Positions 43,717 through 58,112 of a stretch of DNA of 64,000 nucleotides are shown piece by piece (the first letter of the stretch is position 1; each line of letters opens with the position of its first letter). Source of the DNA: Octopus vulgaris. Taxonomy: Eukaryota. The position numbers were made by a program, and so were the translations under genes. The stretch lies in the NCBI GenBank assembly GCA_951406725.2, contig OX597820.1, positions 84,134,001 through 84,198,000 on the forward strand, in the 5' to 3' direction. A model generated the notes under the pieces. That model made no database searches, had not been told where the DNA came from, and saw only the letters and a program-made list of their open reading frames with translations.

Positions 43717-44849
43717 ACACACACACACACACACACACAAACGCACACACACACACACTCACACACACACACGCACAAAAACAGACGCGCACATACACTC
43801 ATACACACATACACATTCATGCACGTATCACACACACATGCAACTAAAATTTTCATTCACTTACAAAATTTATTAATTAATTTGAACCTTCACCTTCTCT
43901 CTTTTCTTCCTTTCTCACAGGTAACATATATGCGTACATACGCATACTTCCATACACAAGCTCCAACAATGGCATATGCACAAGTACATGTTAAACAAGC
44001 ATTAGATAGTACTTTCTCTTTCTTTCTCTCTCTGATACACATGCCTACACAAGCACATACACAGAATTGCGCGCCAGGATATATTCTTCGATTGAACATC
44101 GTTACCCATACACTTATATTGTTTCCCATATCTCTCAGTTATTCACGCATTCACCTTCACCTACAAGACAATTACCTCTAACTCTTTCATTCTCTCTCTC
44201 CCTCCCTGTCTCTCCCCCTCTCATTCACTCACAGCTACACCAAGCGCGCACACACGCACGTGCACACATACACACACACACACACACGCTCACTTCCGCA
44301 TACTAATATGCATACCTGCCAGCATTGACACTTGAAATTGCTTATATTCAAGCTATGTACATGCACATACACGTTTACTCTCTCTCTCACACACACATAT
44401 ATATTTATGCATACAGGCTCACAAGCAAGTAGCAGGTGATTCCATAGTTACATATTTATGAACCCTTTCACACAGGGTTAAAAAAAGAAAGCTACTTCAT
44501 TACAAACAATAACTGACGGACTATGCCAACTGTAAAGAAAGAAATAAAATACCAGTTTGGAATCATAAATTTATTAAAACGAACATAAAACATACTGTCC
44601 GCTATTAAAACGCGTAAATTTACAGCTACAGGAACAGAGATGCGGTGAGAAAGAGAATGGAAAAATGAAATAGTATTTGTCATACATAGTGCATCGTGGA
44701 CTACATTACACTGTTTAACACGACTTTTGTCCTTTGGTAGCAAATGTTATTTCTTATATGCTTGCTTACCTCTAGAAAATATGAAAATTGGTTAAGAATT
44801 TGTTCAAACTTTGCTTTTGTTACGTTTATTCAAGCTCCTACTAAAAAAC

Positions 44850-44915
44850 CCTCAACACACGGCTATGATGCTTCTCATAACTTCTGCTCATGATCAGAGA
44901 TGAACATATTCGCTG
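44850..44915 (-). mobile_element. Fragment related to the 49250-49770 interspersed repeat
   Basis: Reverse complement atatgttcatctctgatcatgagcagaagttatgagaagcatcatagccgtgtgttgag aligns with 49430-49487 atgtgcatctgtgatgacaagcagtagtgggggcgcatcatagccatgtcttgag. Confidence 0.6.
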
Positions 44916-45057
44916 AGACATCGAAGCAACCTCGTTTACTTGAGACTCCGAAATTTTTCACTAACGCCAGTATAATAGTATAATAAATAATATTGTGTTT
45001 GACATTTACCTGAGAATGTGCGTTAACAATGTAAAAATATAAAACATCGCCACGTAG

Positions 45058-45131
45058 GACTTACGACCAAATCGTCTTACGAACAGTCAGTCGGAACCGA
45101 GTATGGTCGTAAGTCGACGATGACCTGTCTA
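45058..45131 (-). mobile_element. pogo/Tigger-like DNA transposon terminus
   Basis: Reverse complement tagaCAGGTCATCGTCGACTTACGACC...ggttccgac...tggtcgtaagtc resembles Tigger-type TIR heads (CAG...CCTCGACTTACG, with internal gtcgtaag inverted repeats). Confidence 0.5.
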
Positions 45132-45589
45132 TATATGTATATGTATACATATATATAAGTGCACACACACAAACACAAACACACACACACACAAAGGTGC
45201 GTGCGCACACACACGCATACACATACAAATGTGAGATAAAATACAATCCACGGATACAGACAATGGTTTGCATCGTTTCGAAATGTATATTTCAGAAAAG
45301 ACAACATAAAAGTACAATGAAATTGCCATGGGCACTAGAAAATCCAAAGCTTCGGACAATGACCTACTTCAAGACGTAGATCTCAGGATAAGAAAGAAAA
45401 ACAACAGTATCTTACATATTTGGATAGCTGAAGTACGCAAACAGCTTTCACTTTATATGTAGACAGAAAGTAGTAGAAACAAAAAACTTGGTGAGAGAGG
45501 GAGACAGGAAGAGAAATGAGGGAAGAAACCAAGCGATGCAGAGGTTTAGGTAAAGTGAATATCAGGCGAAAAAGGAGCTGAAATTTAAG

Positions 45590-45900
45590 AAAGCGACTAC
45601 TGAACTTGAGGAGTGACATAGTACCAGCTTGAATATAAACGTTTGATCTTTCTGATACCTTGACTATACAGATGACTGGTGTGCAATGATATCGCACACT
45701 GATATGTGTAAGGAATCGGTCTGTCGTGATAAAGTGGAAGGCAACAGTTTGGCTAAGCGAACGTTGTAGAGAGCTGCCAATGTGTTCCCGAAAGTGATCA
45801 GTAAGGCAGAAGTTCTGGGTAGTGTAGCTTAGGTGCGGTGATGGTTGTAGTGTTATTAATACATGTTCAGGTATTGCATATTTGTCCAGAGAAGGTTAAA
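45590..45900 (-). mobile_element. Penelope-like GIY-YIG 3' relic
   Basis: Reverse strand: LTDHFREHIGS...TVAFHF and a frameshifted aaacgtttatattcaagctggtactatgtca (about RLIFKLGTM.P), typical of a PLE endonuclease C-terminus. Confidence 0.5.
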
Positions 45901-46447
45901 CCTCGATAATATTCTAGAATGAAGCTCCATAGCACTCAGCCTCACACAGAGTGGCCCTCCACCTTTCCTCATTGCAATGTAATCTCTACCAATCTTCTCT
46001 TTCCAACTACTTCCAGTTCATATAATTGAGATTTACATAAGAAAATTTACCTACTTACGTCAGTATAAGAGAAAGGGATAGCACATGCTTTTCAGATACC
46101 AGCATTCATTTCTCTACTGATTGGACGCCAATTATCACTGTATATAATTTATTCGATGGCTACTTTTTGCACTACGGTATTTTAAAGAATTTCTTAAAAA
46201 GCAGAATAACAAACATTCACAATATGGTATCTGTAGAAGGGTTACAGAACATGACAGTCGAGAATCATAGGTACCTGCTTATTATATTACAGATGGGTTG
46301 TTGGTTGGGGGATAGAGCGTTACGTTAGCAATCTTCTGAATTCCGAAGCATTGACAATTAAGTTACTCAAATCCAAAGAGTAGCTCGTTCATGGATGACA
46401 TCTAACACTTACCAATAATCTACAATTAGATCGGTCATGGTCTAGAG

Positions 46448-46737
46448 CAGTGGTTCTCATTCGGGATCCATATGACCCCTGAGAATCAAAATAAGGCTTT
46501 TGGGGGTCCACCAACAAAATGATAAATTAATTATCCGCGATAGTATTCTAAGGAACGCTGGAAAAGAATTTGGTTTAGTTGTATGTATTGGTATGCATTG
46601 CAAAAAAAAAAAAACAGCTAGGTGTGTTTCTCTAACTTTTTACAGAGTTCAACCTCTCCAAAATGTTAATGTGTGCAAACAAAATAAAATAATAACCAAA
46701 GGGATCCATCGATATAGATAATGGTTGAAAAATTATA
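46448..46737 (+). mobile_element. hAT (Charlie-like) MITE
   Basis: Left end cagtggttctca preceded by gtctagag (Charlie-type TCTAGA target); degenerate right end ggttgaaaaatta; internal ggg(g/a)tcca motifs near both ends. Confidence 0.55.
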
Positions 46738-47421
46738 TACTACAGCTAATTCTACCCTACTGCAAGTATTCAAGTCAAGTTTGATTGAAGATTATTTCCT
46801 ACCAACCTCAGATATCCAGAAAATATGTACGTTAAATATTTTACTATGTTCATGTAAATTAGTATGCACTGACCGACAATGTAATTCTTCTGAGATCCAC
46901 GAGGCAAAGACCTCTCCAATAATCTCAATATTTCTGCCCGTTATAACATAAGTGAATGTGGTGTTCATGACTATCTCCGAATCACGTCATTAAAGAATTT
47001 ACTTTCAAATTAAGCATCTCGTATATCAAGGAATGTGCTAGTGTTGGTGAATGGGTAGTAAGTGTGCGTTTGTATCTTTGTATATGGGCGTCAGTTTATT
47101 TGTGTGTGTGTGTGTGTGTGTGGCATGTATTTTCAAGATTACTTCACAATCTAGATTAAAATATGATGACATTAAACAGTATAATCGACTATTTTATAAT
47201 TTCATAATTATCAAAGTTTTTATCCCTTGCAATATTTATATCGATTTTTCTTTTGTTATCAAAATATTCAATAACAATTACACTAAATAGCAAAACCAAA
47301 AAAGAAATTGTGTGTAAATATGTGCAAATAACTATGGATGTGATCTTTTATATATCTGCATGTGTATGTATATGTACATATATGCATTTATACATGTTTA
47401 TACATATTTAGATATGTGTAC

Positions 47422-47501
<80 letters not shown>

Positions 47502-48460
47502 ATGTCTGCATATAAATATCTCAATGCATACATGTAAGGTTGACATATATGTGTATTTGTACGCGTGAGCCCATTATATTGTAATTTGTTTTTTAAGTTG
47601 AAACTTTCAGTAACTACTTCGTTGTGTTAAAGGCTATCCAACTTTGAATATTAAACCATATCATTAGTCGATAAAATAAAAGAAAATCATATTTTAAAAC
47701 ATATGCATTTAAAGTGTGTTAAAAAATAAGCATGCATGTGTATGCTCACAACATTACATACACACATACGTATAAAGTTCAATTAGGAACTTTATACTTT
47801 TACATGTGTATGCCTATTTATACACATAATCACACAAACTCACATGTATCTCTGTAGCAGTGAAACAGTATCCACTGTAAACACATAACCGCACACATAG
47901 TTGCACATAATCATATGACTCCGTTAACATTCATAGAGTCTGTCACTACTCCACCTTTACTCTCCTCCTCGTATATACACACGTTTATATCATTCACATG
48001 ACTGACGCAAAATTCGCACGTTAAACTTTTCGTGTACAATTTAGCATTGACTACATGTTCATCCACACACCTACACACACAGACATGCACATAAATACAG
48101 TAATGATTTCACATCTGTACGTATCAGATCCTATATGCAGACATGTACACAACACGTAAACCTACACAGTGAACCCTGAAACATATTTATACACACTCAA
48201 TCACGAACAACAAAACATGTAAACATGCCTAAATGCAATTATTAAGTCATCAGACGCACTCGTGAAAATTATGCACTCACACACTTACACATACACAGCA
48301 CTCTTTTTCATATAACAACACATGCCTAATGACAAACTTACACACATCCACAGACATAACAAACAACTACTGAAGCAATCACACATAATTTGGGAAACAA
48401 ACTTTAGAAACAAAATCACACGCGCTGGCGCATACACACATATACATGTATGTTTTTATG

Positions 48461-48498
<38 letters not shown>

Positions 48499-48769
48499 CA
48501 CGTAGAACGCCATTATAATTATGAGCTTTATAATAAGACCTTTTGCGCCAACTAATATGGAAGCAAACTCGCAAATATGTCAGACAATTATATGAAATTC
48601 CACAAAGGGCACGATCATATAAAAGGTCGTAATCTGGAACAATAAATTAATATCATTTGTAAACAACAGGTGGCATTGATGCATGAACCTGTTAAGCGGA
48701 TTTTCACACTATTTTTTTTGTTGGAGCTTGATGTTTTATTTGCTTGATGATAAAGATGAATATGATAAA

Positions 48770-49112
48770 AATGATAATAATAATAATAATAACAACAACA
48801 ACAACAACAACAACAATAATAATAATAATAATGATTATAATAATAATAATAACAATAACAATAACAATAATAATAATATCGATAATAATAATGATAACGA
48901 TAATAAAAATAAAAGTTGTAGTAGTAGTAGTAGTAGCAGTAGCAGAAGTAGTAGTAGTGGTATGTGTGCTAAAAACAGAAGACGGGAATGTTTGTGGGGG
49001 AGAGGAATAGTCGAGTACTGAGGTCGGGTACATCGACCCCAGTGCCTAATTATTTATTTCATCGACCCAAGATGATGACGACAACGACGACGATAATAAT
49101 AATAATAATATT

Positions 49113-49170
<58 letters not shown>

Positions 49171-49193
49171 TTAATAATTATAATAATAATAAC

Positions 49194-49250
<57 letters not shown>
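48770..49250. repeat. (AAT)/(AAC)/(TAG) microsatellites enclosing a minus-strand SINE B fragment (~48960-49075)
   Basis: The repeats are directly visible; atcgaccccagtg...tttcatcgaccc is the reverse complement of the SINE B body. Confidence 0.85.
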
Positions 49251-49251
<1 letters not shown>

Positions 49252-49770
49252 GATGCCTTCATGCAATTACAGGCAGTGGGCCTCACGGCTTTTGAATTTA
49301 ACTGATTGAAAGTGTTTTGTACATTGTTTTGTCTTTAAAAGATGGGATGCTGCAAATATTCTACATAATACCACATATTTGCTCGTCAGTTGTTTGACCT
49401 TTAACAGTTAAGCATTCCTTTAGTGACGATATGTGCATCTGTGATGACAAGCAGTAGTGGGGGCGCATCATAGCCATGTCTTGAGAGTAATTCTTGGTGG
49501 GGTGGAATAATTCACTTCTGGAGACAGGTGTTTTTTTCATCTTCCTTACAACAAACCTTATTCAGGGACATATTAAGTGAGATGGGCTACTCGACCTGCA
49601 GAAAATCCTAACTGGGCACCACCTGCAAGGTCATGCACTGGTTATAGCCATATGAGATCACCATGTTGCGCACATAACGTTGTGATACTTGTGCCTGGTA
49701 TACCCTTATCAGACTTCGTATATTTGTTCACCAGTGTCACTTTGATGACATGCGCTGCTCTGTCAATTAA
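49250..49770 (+). mobile_element. ~520-bp non-coding interspersed repeat inside (AAT)n (retroposon 3' UTR or SINE-like)
   Basis: Complex sequence with (AAT)n on both sides and a related fragment at 44850-44915; ends gctgctctgtcaattaataattataataat. Confidence 0.6.
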
Positions 49771-50539
49771 TAATTATAATAATAATAACAATTATCATTA
49801 TTATTATCATCTGTTATCATCATCTATATTTTAATTCTCTAAGCCAAATGCGTGTGGTTGTTACGTAATCAGTTGAAGAGCAAAGCAGAATGAAAAGTGT
49901 ATTAGCGGTGATTGCTAGAAGAAATGGAATGCTATTACTGGATGTTAAAGTCTAAATGATAGCAAAAAACTCACAAGTGTATAGCAATGAATATAATTTT
50001 CACTTATGTCTGTACGTTCTATATGATCTATGAGCATTTTAGAGTTTCTTAAGATACACACAGTACTATTTCAAAATGTATTGTGTATTTCATGACCCTT
50101 TTTTTATTAAAAGATTCAACAATCTTATAATTCCTTTAAATATCGTATTAAATCTTAGCCAACGTACAACAACCGAATAATGTCATAGATAGTCTTAGAT
50201 CTGGTTCCATAGTCACCATTGTTTATTTCTTAAGGTAAATTGAAAAATAATAGAATATACTCACAAAGTATAAAACCTAATAATATAGTATTTAGAGATG
50301 TTTCTTGAGATTTCAACTTCCATGCCATCTATGAAACCCTTTATATTATCTGAAGAATCAATTCCTTCACAAAATATGATTTTTCATCTTACAATTTTCT
50401 AAGGAACAATGCTAGTCTATATCGTCGCCATCATCATAATCATCATCATTGTCATCGTCGTCGTTGTCATCGCCGTCGTCATCATCGTCATCATCGTCGT
50501 CGTCATTGTCGTCGTTGATAGTCGTTGTCGTTTTTTTTG

Positions 50540-50606
50540 AGCAGTGACATCAATGTAATAAACTTCCCCGTGCCAGAAATTGTTAGTCTTGTGCCAATAT
50601 TGAAAG

Positions 50607-50666
<60 letters not shown>

Positions 50667-51079
50667 TCTCATTTCATGAAAACCAGTTACGCACTGGGGT
50701 CGATATAATCGACTTAATCCATTTGTCTGTCCGTGTGTGTCCCCACTGTGTTTAGCCCCTTGTAGGTAGTAAAGAAATAGGTATTTCGTCTGCCGCTACG
50801 TTCTGAGTTCAAATTCCGCCGCGGTCGAATTTTCTTTTCAGGGTCGATTAAATAAGTACCAGTTACGCACTGGTGTCAATATAATCGACCTAATCCTTTT
50901 GTCTATCCTTGTTTGTCCTCTCTCTTGCCGACTTAGCCGTTCATTCTTTCGGGGTCAATAAATTAAGTACTAGTGAAACACTGGAGTCGATGTACTCGAC
51001 TAGTTCATACCACACATCCACATATCCCCAAATATTCCAAGCATTGTGCCTATAGTAGAAAGGATTATTATTATTATTT
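50540..51079 (+). mobile_element. SINE B multimer (3' fragment + (TTA)n + tandem internal modules + 3' tail)
   Basis: The module accagttacgcactgg.gtc.atataatcgac recurs at about 50682 and 50858, and in diverged form at about 50968; B box ctgagttcaaattccgcc at 50803; ends ttgtgcctatagtagaaaggattattattattatt. Confidence 0.85.
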
Positions 51080-53360
51080 TATGCTCGACTTTTGCTTTAC
51101 ATTTGTACAAATTGGCTTCAAGTCTCACCCAGAGACTTCAAGAGACAAGAAGCTAGAAGTTCATGTTGGCGTTATGCCTAGGGTGCCACATATAAGGTTT
51201 TGTACATAGTGTTGTCCTACAGAATGTTTAAGAAAACATAAGAAAATTATGTGTTTGTTTAAAACTTGAGATTACATAGAAATTGTTTTACGTAGGATAT
51301 GAGCACTATCTGCCATTTTGGGGTTTCCTGTTATTTGAGCTAGATAGCAATCAGCCCCTTTTATTATCATTCCTAGGGCACCTATGACAACAGGTATAGT
51401 TTTAGTCTTCAGGTTCCACATTTTGCCAATTTCTATTTCAAGTTCTTTATATTTGCTCAGTTTTGGTAGGTCATGACAGATACGTTTATGTCGATTGGGA
51501 CAGTCATATCAATGCGGATATATGATTCTTATCGGATTATTTGCATCCCTTTTTCTGTCAGTTTGAATGATAAACTTCCAGATGAGTGAGATGTGATCAT
51601 TTTCAAGTACTAGAAGTGGTTTGTGTTCCCACCAGTTTTTATCATAGGGCAAGTCCAGGTTTTTGAAAATTACCCCGTGAATATATTGTGCAGCTCTATC
51701 ATGACTGTTGAGATACTCTGTGGGCACAAGAAGACTGCACTTGGAGACAACATGATCAATGGTTTCATTTTGTTGTTGAGATACACGACATGTTGGGAAG
51801 CTGTCGTTCTTTAATATAGTTCCTCGTAGGTAGGCATTGATCTTGGGATGCTATGATAAACCCTTCTGGTTCAGATTTTAAGTCAGAAGCCATTAGTCAT
51901 TGATGGGTAAGGCCTTTGTCAACATTGGCATTATTCGCTCCCTTTGGGTATTGAGAGTTTTTTTGCCATTTTTCAGTAAGAATCTCTAAAGCAGCAGTTT
52001 TAGCACGGGTTTTCATGCGCTTAGCTCTTTCTGTGCTTGTTTCTCGTATATCTAATTCCGGAATTTGTAGTACTTGGAATTCACTTAGATTTTCCTTTGC
52101 CAGTTTTCTTACTGAGTATGATGCTTTATTGTTTTCATGTTTTGAGACAAGATTTAACATCCAGTCCTCAGAGGTTTTCAGGTAGGTGACTATGTCAATT
52201 GTAGCAATCTTCATTGTTAATGTCAGTTGTAAAAATCCATGGCGTCACTTTTTTCTTGGCGGATAAAAATCGCTCTATATCTACCTTAGGGTGGTGCAAT
52301 CTATGCATTGTCAACAGTTTTCGTATTTTTCTGTCAAGATTACATATTTCAGTAATTGACCAGTTAACGATATTGAAACTGTAAGTCATGACTTGTATGA
52401 CTAAAGCATTGATCGCTTCGATTCTTTTTCTTGCATGCAGTTGTGTCTTCAGTATTGCTCTCATCCTGCGATAACATTCTCTCCTGATCCTTTTTCTCAT
52501 CACTGAATGCATGATTCCGCCCCCTTCAAGTTTCCCTAGATATTTGTAGCTCTCCGCTTGTTCTAACTCTTTTATGACATTCTGCTTTTCAAGATTAACG
52601 TTAGAGGTTTCTGTCATTTTTTTCTTTGATAAAGGTAGTGTTTGCACATTTATCGAGGCCAAATTGCATTCTGATGTCATCACCGAATTGTTTAACAATC
52701 GCTAGTAAGCCCTTGAGTAGTTCGTCATTTTTTGCAAAAAGCTTTAAATCATCCATGTAAATGCAATTATTCAAATTTTTATCAAACATTTTATAACCAT
52801 ACCGTGCATCACTGAGAAAATTTGAGAGAGGTATTAAGGCTAGAGAAAAGAGGAGTGGTGATAGAGAGTCACCCTGAAAAATGCTACAAGAAAATTTTAC
52901 ATCTCCAGCGTTTGGAAATTCATTGTCACTGTTCAAAGTTACTGTGCTTCTCCATGATCTCATACTTACAGACAAAAAGTTTCGCAGAGTAGGAGCTATT
53001 TTATACGTTTCCAGACATTTCTTAATCCAGCTATGTTGTAGGCTATCAAAAGCTTTTTGATAGTCTATCCAAGCTATTGACAAGTTTTTGTGTCGTTTGT
53101 GACAATCTTCTAAGATCATCTTATTGATGAGTAGCTGTTTTTTTACAACCATAGGATCCACATTTACATCATTTTTGCTCATTAGGGAATAAGCTGATGT
53201 CTATTAAAAAAAAATATGCGTATACTCAGTCAGGACAGATGTTACCATTTATACATTGTTGTTAAGCAGGTTATGGGTCTATAATTTTTTGGTTCATTTG
53301 TTTTTTTCTTTTTTTGGAAGCAAGTGTGTAACATCATTAACTAGCCAAGAGGGCATCATA
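51080..53360 (-). mobile_element. 5'-truncated R4/Dong-clade non-LTR retrotransposon (RT, CCHC knuckle, restriction-like endonuclease), pseudogenised
   Basis: Frameshifted ORF pieces: PKNYRPITCL, WIDYQKAFDS, IFQGDSLSPLLF, YMDDLKLFAK, FGLDKCA, YKYLG, RKLLTMHRLHHPK, CRVSQQQNETIDHVVSKC, HDRAAQYIH and KYKELEIEIGKMW...IPVVIGALG. Stop at about 51272, then a ~190-nt 3' UTR. Flanked by (TAA)n in element sense on both sides. Confidence 0.92.
52601..53182 (-). pseudogene. Reverse transcriptase core fragment of the R4/Dong element
   Basis: 193-aa ORF containing IDYQKAFDS, QGDSLSP and YMDD; bounded by frameshifts. Confidence 0.9.
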
Positions 53361-53597
<237 letters not shown>

Positions 53598-53727
53598 TCT
53601 CTTTATCACATGTTTTGTTGGAGTTCCTCGAGTTATGCATGCGTAGCGGACTCGCTACCTGCAGTCAATGGTACCATGATATCCATTCTTTTCAGCTAGT
53701 TATTATTGTCATTATTATTATTATTAA

Positions 53728-54500
53728 TCCTATATACTCAACAGATTAGACTTTTGGAAAAGAAAAGAATCCTAACGTCGAGCTAAAACAAGTAGCCTAT
53801 TGGATTATAGCAAGTAACTGTAGATGCTTAGAACCCGGATAAGTATGCTAGCTGTCCCTAATAACACTGTTTTCTGGGTTTTCTGCCTATTTCCTCTTTT
53901 CAACTGTTCAGATCTTTATTGATAGTTTCTAATGCACCTATAAGTACTGGGATACATTTTACCCGCGCTTTCCATAGACCCTGCAATTCGAAGCTAGGTC
54001 TTGGTAATTTGGTCTATTTTATTTACGTATCATATTACTTTTTCCTTCATTTGTGACTGTAAAGTCAATTATCTGGCACTTTCTATTCTCTTTATCTACT
54101 ACTACCAAATCAGTCTTTCTAGCACCTTCTACGCTGTCTGTCTGAATGCTAAAATCCCACAACATCTTGCATTTCTTACTTTCTAGTATTTCATATTATC
54201 TATCAGTATGTTCAAATCCAAGCTTTCTACACAGCTCCCAGTGGATTACTCTCCTTAGATTGTACTTGTTTTGTTTTTCTATCTTGCTTTTTATCCAATT
54301 ATTTATTAATGCTTGATCTTGTGCAGCTACTAATACACTTCTGTCCCCCTCTTTGGCTTTCCTTTCCGCAGCCATAACCATGTCTCACTAATTCCATTTG
54401 CTGAAATATCCGTAGGAATCTACCATGCAACGCATTCTCCTGCCAGTCAGATAAACTCTGTTCTTTTCTCTAGTTTTAACTTCGTTTGGTATTTTGGTTT
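53728..54500 (-). mobile_element. Second, older R4/Dong-type 3' relic
   Basis: WQENALHG, LVAAQDQALINNWIKSKIEK, VIHWELCRKLGFE, KITK..DLASNCR and KCIPVLIGALETI; the 3' end abuts (TAA)n at 53700-53727. Confidence 0.8.
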
Positions 54501-54811
54501 CCCTATAATTGTTGTTGTTGTTATCTTTTTAAGCTATAATTTACTGCTATTTGATAGTTTTGAAATGTTTTAATATTTTTCAAAAATAATATTAGTCTTA
54601 TTGGTCTCGTTCTTCATTTACATCTGATTCACTGGAGTTGTAGTAAGTAGAATTCCTTGCATTCTGATTCGAAAAGACAGAATACGCATACATCAACACA
54701 CTCACATACATACTTCACAAACACATATACTTTTTGTCTGTAAGTCAAATATATTCATTTTTACGTTAATCAATAATGCAATGCTATTTTCTTGTACAGA
54801 CAGGTGTATAC

Positions 54812-54991
<180 letters not shown>

Positions 54992-56689
54992 GCAGAAACA
55001 TTCACGCATACACTCTAGCATCAAATTTTAGTATTCTGGACTGAAATCTATCTAGTTTCTCAACACTAAATATTTGCTCTAAAATATTCTGTCACAGCGT
55101 GTCTCTTGGTGGAACGGGTCACAATAGTAAGCAGCGTTAGCATTATAAACTTTAAGATCGTTTCTTTACTCTGTCATGCTGGATTGCCTCGTTACTGTAT
55201 GACTGCTGTCTGATTAAGATGACAAAGGAAAAACATATTTGGAATTATATACCGATAAAGTCAATCGCCACATTAAAGTGTGTTTAGTTACTACTCTACG
55301 ACTTTTTGAGATTTTACCACTAGCTATTTTGCTTGAATTATATATTCACTTCCAACAAAGTAATTATATGAAAGAATGCCTAAATTAATATACCAGCAAT
55401 GAAGAGGAAAAAATTAAGTCATAGATTTCGTTCAGTCTCATCAGTTGGTAAAAAGACAATTCAATTTTGTACTACACTTTACGGATGTTCGTTAATGTAT
55501 AGCTGGAACTTTTGCTAGAGCACTCTTGTAATGATAGTTCATGGATATTAACTTTGTAATAAGCTTTGGATTCTTTTGTTGGTAGCTAAGTGACCTGATG
55601 TTTCCATAATAAACGGAAAGTCAAGTATGATATATATATATAGAGAGAAATATATATATACATATATGTATATATGCTAAGCATATCTCTTCAGTCGTTG
55701 TTGTATAACATTATAGAGGTTGTGCTAAAACTTTTTAATTGATTTTATGCGAGTTATATGATGAAGCCATTTTACATTAATTGTTATTATCGTTGATTGA
55801 AACATATTTCTGACAATAAATTTTAAAGTGCTATTAATCTGGTAACGCTTGTGTTTCACCTGATGATCGCACTGCATTCAAAACCACGTCTCTATACACA
55901 AACATGAACAAATAAGCACACACAAAATGAATCACGCATATGTATACAAGTATACACACATATACACATATACTATATCTAGAGCAATATTTGTATGTGT
56001 ATATAAATCGATTGTCAAATCGATTCCATGACATATGTGTGAGCGTGTGTGAGTGTGTGTTTATGTGTATAAGTGTGCGTGAGTGTGTGTTTATGTGTGT
56101 GTGCGTATGTGTGTATGTGTGTGTGTAAATATATGTTTATGCAAACAAATATACATTCTCTCACTTGGCGAGATGTGCAGTTGAGCAGTTATTACCTTAC
56201 ATCTCCGGTGTGGGATACACCTCCCCAGATGACTGTTTAAACATATTCTTCGTTATATACTTTCGCAATTTCACTCGGTTTAATTGTCTATACGTATATG
56301 TATGCATCATTCCAGCAATTTAGAGACAGAACTAAAATCATTAATTCAGTGAGTAGCATGATACATTTGCAGTTGAAATACCAAATACCTAGATACAAAA
56401 TAGGGAAATAAAGTGGAAGCAAAAATATAAACAATAATGCATGGATACTAAAAGATTCCAATCGGATTACGGCTGGCCATGTGAAAGAATGTGCCGAAAC
56501 GATCATAGTGATTTTAAATTAGGAATCTCGCTAATTCCATTTTAATTCGTTTAGATATTGATATAAACTCTGCAAATACTATTTCATTTCTGCAGCATAT
56601 CCATTAGTATATGCAAGTTAACTCTATCACATGACTTAAAGATACAGTCCCAACTTATGGCTAACCACTTCACTCAATGGAGATACCTT

Positions 56690-57200
56690 ACCATCGTTAT
56701 TCATATCACCTTCACCCATGAACGATCTATTGACTGTGCATCCGTTCTCTCTTCCTGCACTCACCCAAAACTTTCCGTTTCGTATATGACTCCATCTACA
56801 CCATCCCTTCAACGCATCATTTTACGTGCTTACCTCCGACTTCAAACTTATTACTCCTCCTCCTACGCCTGCCTCAACTCTCCTTCTTTTTTTATAAGCG
56901 CCCATAACCTACGTGGCCTTCTGGTCCATAGCTTCTTCCCCAATCTCGGCAACCAGCTTGGCTCCTTGGTCAAACTGGCCGGCGTTTAGTTGACCGATTT
57001 GTCGATATCTCGGGGATGTCAAATTCGGCAATGACACCGCGGCCTCGTGCCTCTTCCACTTGACCGGTCATTCCATGCAACATCAGCCTGTATTTGGAAT
57101 TAATTTTCACAAAGCCTATCCGAAATCCTTCTTTTGTCGAGAACAGGAATTTATTTTCTCTCTTCAGTCTTCAGTCTTTTATAAACTCAATTTGTCACTT
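56690..57200 (+). mobile_element. Penelope-like relic, same family as 25190-26530, internally deleted
   Basis: gcccataacctacgtggccttctggtcca aligns with 26051 gcccataacctgcatgacttcctggtcaa; GQTGRRLVDRF and ttcggcaatgacacc align with 26283-26355. Confidence 0.75.
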
Positions 57201-58112
57201 CTCTTCATATAAACCCAACTTCACATACATTTACACACACCACACACATCTAAAACGTTATACTCCTCATATTCTTTATCCAACAGCCCGATATACACAC
57301 AAAAACTGAAAACAGGAACATGCAAATTCGTTCACAAACATATACACACTTAAAGACACACAATATTAAAGCATAAACAAACATAATACGCATGCACACC
57401 ACAGTGTAACACATGCACACATACATACGCATATGTTCGACTGTCTCTTACTAACATACACCTAAAGTCGACAGAAGAACACACAAGCACCCACGCATGC
57501 TACTCTTACAAATATACACGCACAGACAAGCTGCTATACATGCATGATTTTAGAACAGCGCACACACACACCGCCTTGACACATGTGTACATATAGGTGC
57601 TCACGCGAGTACCTAAACATACACATACACATGCTCACATAATTTTCATACTCACACATTCTCTCATCATACATAAATATATACTGGCCCACGCCCCTTC
57701 CCGCTAGTACAATAGGCCAAGTCAGTGCATTGCTGCTTTCATCAATTGTCGGTATATTTTCGGGTCCTTCCGAGGGACCTCTCAACCCGTTTCCCAGTCA
57801 GTCCACATCTCCGTGAGATACCATCTCATCTGCTATGACCATATGGGATATGGCCAACAAATACGGGCCGTCATCCCAACCGGATTCTCAGTGAAGAAAA
57901 CACGGTAGGCATGATCAAAGTCGGGAAATAGTGGAAGATGGCCAGACACTCTCAGCTGTTTGCTATATTCGTAGTATAACTCGTTATAAATATTTAGTTG
58001 TTAAAGGTGAATCTGGAAATGCAGGAAGGAACTCATATTACGTAGGAATATATGCACACACATGTTCAAACATATAAACTCATAGAAAATTAATCACTCT
58101 TATGCACTGAGA

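Noticed and set aside
50682-51000. Regularly spaced repeats resembling a CRISPR array
   Set aside because: The context is eukaryotic, the spacers are homologous SINE sequence and there are no cas genes.
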